Assembly (NCBI GenBank): GCA_037127955.1 | Contig: JBAXXI010000004.1 | Location: 1-38,495 of the forward strand | Direction of reading: 5' to 3' | Length of the DNA stretch: 38,495 nucleotides | Origin: Candidatus Berkelbacteria bacterium | GTDB taxonomy: Bacteria > Patescibacteriota > UBA1384 > UBA12157 | Part shown: positions 33,268 through 38,495 of the stretch, one piece after another | Layout of the letters: every line of letters begins with the position of its first letter | How positions within the stretch are numbered: the first letter of the stretch is position 1 | Notes under the pieces: model-generated | Told to the model about the DNA's origin: nothing | What the model saw: the letters and a program-made list of their open reading frames with translations, nothing else | The model's database searches: none | Position numbers and translations under genes: made by a program

Positions 33268-35148
33268 ATGTGTGGAATTGTTGGTATATATAATTTATCA
33301 GAGAAAGATAATGAAATAAAACTGGATCAAGTTGTTAAAAAAATGACTGATTCAATTGCTCATCGTGGTCCTGATGATGAAGGTTTTTATGTGGAAAATA
33401 AAGTCGCTCTTGGTCATCGACGTTTAGCTATTATTGATCTTTCTCCTTTGGGTCACCAGCCGATGTTTAGCGAAGACAGTAATTTGGTTATTGTTTTTAA
33501 TGGGGAAATATATAATTATTTAGAATTGGCCGAAGAATTAGAAGGTTTAGGTCATAGTTTTAAATCGAAATGCGATACCGAAGTGATTCTTCATGCTTAC
33601 GAGGAGTGGGGTGAGAAATCATTAAATCGATTTTTAGGCATGTGGGCTTTCGTTTTATGGGATAAAAGTAAACAAGAGATGTTTTGTAGCCTTGATCGAT
33701 GGGGAGTTAAACCTTTTTATTATGTTTTAGATAAAGAAAAATTTGTTTTTGGTTCAGAAATTAAGGCGATTTTTCAATATCCAGGGGTTAAAAGAGAGCC
33801 AAATTACGCTAATATTTTTGATTTTTTGGTTTTTAATCGAACTGACCATAATCAAGATACTTGTTTTTCTGGAGTAAAAAGATTGATGCCTGGCCATTGG
33901 CTTAAAATCAATCGAGATGGTAAAGTAATATGTAAAAAATGGTATACGATCAAATATCAGACTTATAAATTCAACCATAAAGACGATGATTTAATTGCTA
34001 ATAGTAAGCATTTGCGATTATTGCTGGAAAAAAGTGTGGAATTACGTTTAAGAAGTGACGCTCCGGTCGGTTCGTGTTTGTCTGGCGGTTTGGATTCGTC
34101 GACTATTGTGGCTTTGGTCAAAAATAAATATGTTAACACTAATTTAAAAACTTTTTCTGCGGTTTTTCCTGGTAGTTGGGCTGATGAAAGTCGATATATT
34201 AAATTAGTTAATAAAAAGTTTTCATTAAAGAATTATCAGGTTGAACCGACATCAAAAGATCTGTTAAAGGATGTTAAAAAGTTAATTTATCATCAAGAGG
34301 AGCCATTTGGTTCAAGTTCAATTTTTGCTTCATGGTCAGTGATGAAATTGGCCCATAAGCACAAAATTAAGGTTTTGCTTGATGGCCAAGGTGGTGATGA
34401 AATATTGGCAGGTTACCCATATATGGCTGGTTTTTATTTTTATGAAATCTTTAAAAATGGACATCTGATTTGTGCGATTACTGAGATGATAAAGTTTTGG
34501 AAGAAACAGAAATTTAATTTTTTGTCAGCATTTCAAATTTTTATTTTTAAGTTAAGTCCAAAGTTTTTACAAAATAAATTTTTACGTTTTTCGTCCAGCT
34601 GGATTGATCGTGATTTTTTTAATAAATATGAAAAAAAGAGTCGATTTGCGGAAAGCTTTTTTTCGGCTAATTCTCTAAACGAGTCATTAGCTAACCATTT
34701 GAAACATAAATTAGCCCATCTTTTAAGGTATGAAGATAAAAATGCTATGGCTTTTTCAATTGAAAATAGAGAAGTTTTTTTGGATCAAAATTTAGTGGAA
34801 TTTGCGCTTAAATCAGCTGGCTCGCTTAAAATTAAAAATGGCGCCACAAAAATGATTTTAAGAGAAGCGATGAAAGATATTTTGCCAGAAAAAATTTCTA
34901 ATCGTCACGATAAAATTGGCTTTGATACACCTGAAGAAATGTGGTTTAGAAAAGAGGAAATGTTAGATTTCGTTGGTAATATAATCCAGTCCGATAGTTT
35001 TAGGAAAAGAGGACTGTTTGATTTAACGAAAATAATTCGAATTTTTGAAAATTTTAAGAATAATTCAGCTAAATATCAAAGTGTATTATGGAAGTTAGTT
35101 TGTCTTGAATTATGGTTTAGAATTTTTATTGATCCAGATAAATTTTAA
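33268..35148 (+). CDS. Glutamine-hydrolysing asparagine synthase family amidotransferase (AsnB/WbpS-like)
   Basis: MCGIVGIY with the N-terminal nucleophile Cys, HRGPDDEG, and the PP-loop SGGLDSS. 626 aa. Confidence 0.85.
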   Translation: MCGIVGIYNLSEKDNEIKLDQVVKKMTDSIAHRGPDDEGFYVENKVALGHRRLAIIDLSPLGHQPMFSEDSNLVIVFNGEIYNYLELAEELEGLGHSFKSKCDTEVILHAYEEWGEKSLNRFLGMWAFVLWDKSKQEMFCSLDRWGVKPFYYVLDKEKFVFGSEIKAIFQYPGVKREPNYANIFDFLVFNRTDHNQDTCFSGVKRLMPGHWLKINRDGKVICKKWYTIKYQTYKFNHKDDDLIANSKHLRLLLEKSVELRLRSDAPVGSCLSGGLDSSTIVALVKNKYVNTNLKTFSAVFPGSWADESRYIKLVNKKFSLKNYQVEPTSKDLLKDVKKLIYHQEEPFGSSSIFASWSVMKLAHKHKIKVLLDGQGGDEILAGYPYMAGFYFYEIFKNGHLICAITEMIKFWKKQKFNFLSAFQIFIFKLSPKFLQNKFLRFSSSWIDRDFFNKYEKKSRFAESFFSANSLNESLANHLKHKLAHLLRYEDKNAMAFSIENREVFLDQNLVEFALKSAGSLKIKNGATKMILREAMKDILPEKISNRHDKIGFDTPEEMWFRKEEMLDFVGNIIQSDSFRKRGLFDLTKIIRIFENFKNNSAKYQSVLWKLVCLELWFRIFIDPDKF

Positions 35149-35162
35149 TCGGTAGAGGTGTT

Positions 35163-36119
35163 ATGCTTTTAAGAAAGAAAATTGCGGTAGTCGTTCCGGC
35201 CCATAATGAGGAGAAATTAATCGGTAAAGTTATCCAGACCATGCCGAATTTTGTCGATCTAATTATTATTGTTGATGATGCTAGTACTGATCAAACGGCG
35301 AAAAAAGTGCGCGAAGCGGCTAAGAAATTTAATAAAAAAGTTGAGCTAATTATCAATCGAAAAAATTTTGGTGTAGGTGGTGCGATTGTGATCGGATATG
35401 AATTTGCTCTAAAAAAGAAAATTGATTGTACGGCTGTCATGGCAGGGGATGCGCAAATGGATCCAACCGAGTTAAAAGATATTTGTTTGCCAGTAGTTAG
35501 GAATGAAGCAGAGTATGTTAAAGGTAACAGGTTAATTTATGGTAAGGCCTGGCAAATGATGCCAAAAATTCGTTATTTGGGAAATTCTGCCTTATCGCTT
35601 TTGACTAAAATCGCTTCTGGTTACTGGCATGTAGCCGATAGCCAAACTGGTTATGCAGCCATTTCTTATAAAGCCTTAAGCGAAATGAATGTTGGAAATC
35701 TGTACAAACAGTATGGTTTTCCTAATGATGTTTTGGTTCATTTAAACCTTATAAATGCTAGGGTGAAAGAGATTCCAATCAAACCAATATACCATACTGA
35801 TGGTAAATCTGGTATACGTATTTGGAAAGTTATCCCAACCATTTCCTGGTTATTAATTAGACGATTTTTTTGGCGATTAAAGAAAAAATATATTATTGAA
35901 GATTTTCATCCGTTAGTTTTTTTCTACTTTTTTTCTATGATTTTGACTGTTGTTGGTTTGTTTTTATTGGTCCGATTGATTAATATCATGGTTACAACTG
36001 GTCATACTCCACCAATGAATGCTTTAGCTTTGTTCTTTTGTTTGATAATGGCTCCTCAGTTCTCATTCTTTGCGATGTGGTTCGACATGGATTACAACAA
36101 AGACTTGAGAGTGAAATAG
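35163..36119 (+). CDS. Membrane-anchored GT2 glycosyltransferase, GtrB/DPM1-like (polyprenyl-phosphate sugar synthase candidate), paralog 1
   Basis: IAVVVPAHNEEKLI, IIVDDASTDQT, MAGDAQMDP. Two C-terminal TM segments. 318 aa. Confidence 0.65.
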   Translation: MLLRKKIAVVVPAHNEEKLIGKVIQTMPNFVDLIIIVDDASTDQTAKKVREAAKKFNKKVELIINRKNFGVGGAIVIGYEFALKKKIDCTAVMAGDAQMDPTELKDICLPVVRNEAEYVKGNRLIYGKAWQMMPKIRYLGNSALSLLTKIASGYWHVADSQTGYAAISYKALSEMNVGNLYKQYGFPNDVLVHLNLINARVKEIPIKPIYHTDGKSGIRIWKVIPTISWLLIRRFFWRLKKKYIIEDFHPLVFFYFFSMILTVVGLFLLVRLINIMVTTGHTPPMNALALFFCLIMAPQFSFFAMWFDMDYNKDLRVK

Positions 36120-36257
36120 TTGTTGTAATCGCGGAAATTCAGTATTCGGAATTATGGATTACAACAAAGACCTAAGAGTGAAATAGTTGTTGTAATCGCG
36201 GAAATTTTCAAAGTTTTGAAAAATATGGATTACAATAAGGATCTAAGAGTGAAATAA
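36087..36257 (+). repeat. Tandem repeat (67 bp, 71 bp and a partial third unit) of the last 10 codons of the GT2 gene plus hairpin and AATCGCGGAAATT
   Basis: Units start at 36087, 36154 and 36225, and each begins ATGGATTACAA. The first 53 bp of units 1 and 2 differ at 2 positions. 11-bp stems GATTACAACAA/TTGTTGTAATC lie at 36090-36100/36120-36130 and 36157-36167/36187-36197. Confidence 0.85.
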
Positions 36258-36353
36258 AACTTGTCTGATCGGAGCGCGGAATCACTGATAAAATTGTCAA
36301 AAAGAACTAAAACTGAGATAATAAATTAAATATAACTTATCGAGACTATTATT

Positions 36354-37307
36354 ATGATTAAAAACAAAACTATCGGCGTGGTTGTGCCGGCTCACAATGA
36401 AGAATTGTTAATTGCAGAAACTCTAAGTGGTATGCCAGATTTTGTTGATAAAATTATCGTTGTAAATGACGCTAGTACAGATAAGACCAAAGAGATTATT
36501 CTGCAGCAAAAGGATTTAAAAAACAGGATTGTTTTAGTTGATCATCTAAAAAACAAGGGTTTGGGCGCAAGTTTAGCAGATGGTTATTTAAAGGCTCTAG
36601 AGTTGAATATTGATTGTATTGCTGTGATGGCTGGCGATAATCAAATGGATCCAAATGATCTTGAAAGTATTGTGATGCCGATTGTTGATGAAAAAGTCGA
36701 TTATTCTAAAGGCAGCCGCTTGTTAGCGAAAGATGTGGCTAAAATAATGCCTAGATACCGTTTTATAGGTAATATTATTGCGACTTTCTTAACAAAATTT
36801 GCGACTGGTTATTGGCAGTTAGTCGATCCGCAGTGTGGCTATACGGCGATTTCAAATAAGGCTTTGGCTAAAATTGACATTGCTACCTTAAAAAAAGGTT
36901 ATGGCTATAACGCTGATATATTATTTAGATTGAATTTCTTTAATTTTAAGATTACAGATGTTGAGGTAAAACCGGTTTATGGGCGCGAAAAAAGTGGCAT
37001 TAAATTTTTTAGTTATACAATGGATGTTAGTTCATTTTTATTAAAATTGTTTTGGCGCCGTTTGAGTGAAAAATATTTCTTCCGTGATTTTAATCCGTTA
37101 GGTTTATTTTACCTATTTAGTTTTATCAATTTAATCTTGATTATTATCCCATTAACTATTAGATTCTTCATGCTATATTTCCAGACTCATTTGGCTCCGA
37201 GCACAACATTGATTATCTTATCTTTCTCTTTAATGATGGGATTTTTCTCGTTTGGTTTTGCTATATGGTTAGATATGGAATCGAATAAAGATTTGTTCGT
37301 GAGGTAA
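36354..37307 (+). CDS. Membrane-anchored GT2 glycosyltransferase, GtrB/DPM1-like, paralog 2
   Basis: IGVVVPAHNEELLI, IVVNDASTDKT, MAGDNQMDP, two C-terminal TM segments. The C-terminus LDMESNKDLFVR resembles FDMDYNKDLRVK of paralog 1. Confidence 0.65.
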   Translation: MIKNKTIGVVVPAHNEELLIAETLSGMPDFVDKIIVVNDASTDKTKEIILQQKDLKNRIVLVDHLKNKGLGASLADGYLKALELNIDCIAVMAGDNQMDPNDLESIVMPIVDEKVDYSKGSRLLAKDVAKIMPRYRFIGNIIATFLTKFATGYWQLVDPQCGYTAISNKALAKIDIATLKKGYGYNADILFRLNFFNFKITDVEVKPVYGREKSGIKFFSYTMDVSSFLLKLFWRRLSEKYFFRDFNPLGLFYLFSFINLILIIIPLTIRFFMLYFQTHLAPSTTLIILSFSLMMGFFSFGFAIWLDMESNKDLFVR

Positions 37308-37310
37308 TTA

Positions 37311-38351
37311 ATGAAAGATCAATCTTGGGGAATCGATTATAAATCTTTCTTTGTTTTCGACCAAAATAAATCTCAAATTAAAGATTTTTCTTTGGGTGAA
37401 AAAAAACTATTAGATAGTTTGATAGATTTTTACGCTCCAGGCAAATTGCAAAAGTATATCGAAAAGACGGCCGCATATTTTTATAGTTTTTTAAGTGAAA
37501 AAACCCGAACAATGTTTTCTTCATTTGTTAAAAAAAATACTGCTAGTAAAGTTAAAAACATTTTAAATTTGATTCCAGCCAAAGAGATAGAGGAATTTGG
37601 CCGAATTTTTGAAAATCGTGAATACAATGGCCATAAATCGACTATTTTAATAACTCATGATGTCGATTATCTTAAGGGTTACGAAAGCGTTTTAGAGATT
37701 GCCAGGATGGAAGCTAGTTTGGGACTTAAGGCTAGTTATTATTTTTTAGTGCATGCTGGTTATAAAATCTCGAGCGAGGTTTTAAAACAATTGGTTGAAT
37801 TAGGTCATGAAATAGGGGTGCATGGTTATGCTTACGACTTACGTTTAGCTTATCGTGGTCAAGCTGAAATTGCCAAACAACTCAAAAAAGCCAAACAGGA
37901 GCTCGAAACATTAACCGGTGAAAAGGTTTATGGTTTTCGTAATCATTCATTAAGAAATAGTGTCAATATGCTTCAAGCTGTTCAAGAAGCGGGCTTCATT
38001 TATGAAAGTGGGGTTTACCCTATAAAAAAGATTAATAACTTCAATACTTTTTTTTGCTGGCCATTTAAATATGCTCAAAAGGAGTTAGTAGAAATTCCGG
38101 TAACATGGCCAATGGACACAGAAGTTTTTAGAAATTTAAATCTTACAGACGAGCAAGCGTTGGATTTTTACAAGGAAAAGATTGGCTTGATTACTAAGCT
38201 CCATGGTGTGGTTTGTTTAAACCAACACCCGGAAATTATCATCGGTCATAAAGTTTTTTATCAAAATTTATTGGAATTTATTGCTAACTCTAATTCTTAT
38301 AATACGAGACCGATTGATTTAGCCAAAAATTATATAAGCAAAGAAAAATAA
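37311..38351 (+). CDS. Polysaccharide deacetylase-like (CE4-type) protein
   Basis: ILITHDVDY, GHEIGVHGY, FRNHSL. These resemble the metal and catalytic motifs of the divergent polysaccharide deacetylase fold. Confidence 0.55.
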   Translation: MKDQSWGIDYKSFFVFDQNKSQIKDFSLGEKKLLDSLIDFYAPGKLQKYIEKTAAYFYSFLSEKTRTMFSSFVKKNTASKVKNILNLIPAKEIEEFGRIFENREYNGHKSTILITHDVDYLKGYESVLEIARMEASLGLKASYYFLVHAGYKISSEVLKQLVELGHEIGVHGYAYDLRLAYRGQAEIAKQLKKAKQELETLTGEKVYGFRNHSLRNSVNMLQAVQEAGFIYESGVYPIKKINNFNTFFCWPFKYAQKELVEIPVTWPMDTEVFRNLNLTDEQALDFYKEKIGLITKLHGVVCLNQHPEIIIGHKVFYQNLLEFIANSNSYNTRPIDLAKNYISKEK

Positions 38352-38495
38352 TGAAAATTATCAAGAATAAATTGTTTCAAAAAATAATAGTCAATTTGAT
38401 TTTAGTAGCCATAATTATATGGTTTATATTTTTTGTTAAAGGACATTGGTCAGAATTTCAAATAATTAAAACAATTTCGGTTTCCGATATTATTA
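38351..38495 (+). CDS. Partial (5' end only) membrane protein, family not assignable
   Basis: ATG 38351 sits in a TAATG overlap with the previous stop. MKIIKNKLFQKIIVNLILVAIIIWFIFF is a TM helix. The ORF runs off the window. Confidence 0.45.
   Translation, partial: MKIIKNKLFQKIIVNLILVAIIIWFIFFVKGHWSEFQIIKTISVSDII

Noticed and set aside
36087-36257. Possible CRISPR array or integron attC sites, because of regularly repeated hairpin units
   Set aside because: There are only 2.5 units. The variable parts are 14-18 nt, too short for spacers, and the repeat overlaps a CDS end. There are no cas genes, no integrase, and no GTTRRRY/RYYYAAC core sites. It is better described as a tandem duplication of a gene end plus a hairpin motif.
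1-38495. Mobile elements, defence systems, toxin-antitoxin pairs, and rRNA/tRNA/ncRNA genes
   Set aside because: I found no transposase, integrase or recombinase motifs, no long terminal inverted repeats, no nuclease, helicase or methylase defence signatures, and no cloverleaf-like tRNA sequence. Every large ORF has a plausible glycan-biosynthesis assignment.

Overview
This is an AT-rich window with bacterial-type signals: TTGACA/TATAAT-like promoters, Shine-Dalgarno sites and rho-independent terminators. It uses the standard genetic code, since TGA works as a stop inside ATGA/GTGA/TTGA stop-start overlaps. All 33 credible protein genes lie on the + strand. Apart from two small orphan genes near the 5' end, they form one very large cell-surface glycan biosynthesis and export locus. 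The nucleotide-sugar modules are: (1) a WecC-like dehydrogenase plus a Gfo/Idh/MocA 3-dehydrogenase, an LbH N-acetyltransferase and a DegT aminotransferase, i.e. a 2,3-diacetamido-2,3-dideoxy-hexuronate route; (2) a WbpP/TviC-like 4-epimerase plus a TviB/WbpO-like 6-dehydrogenase, i.e. a HexNAc-uronate route; (3) an RmlD-like reductase plus a CapE/FnlA-type dehydratase and a CapG/FnlC-type 2-epimerase, i.e. a 6-deoxy-L-HexNAc route. The locus also has at least 9 glycosyltransferase genes (two are two-domain fusions and several are paralog pairs). It carries both a Wzx flippase and a Wzm/Wzt ABC exporter, two tandem methyltransferase-like paralogs, a FemAB-like acyl/aminoacyl transferase and a DUF354 protein. 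It further carries an AsnB-type amidotransferase, a large GT-C-like membrane protein, two GtrB-like membrane GT2 paralogs and a CE4 deacetylase. I saw no rRNA, tRNA, CRISPR, transposase, integrase or recognisable defence genes. The most unusual structure is non-coding: a small repeat family (ATGGATT - hairpin - AATCGCGGAAATT) sits at three or four intergenic junctions. At two of them it is joined to duplicated gene ends that differ from the real gene only by synonymous changes. One is a 39-codon upstream ORF replaying the first 13 codons of the 2-epimerase and ending in an ATGA overlap with its start. The other is three tandem copies of the last 10 codons of a GT2 gene. Other points worth a second look are an operator-like double palindrome in the leader at 3800-3872, a heptad-repeat dyad at 4872-4954, and the two orphan genes (one very Cys-rich), each with its own promoter and terminator. 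All family calls come from motif recognition by eye; no database search was possible and taxonomy cannot be assigned.
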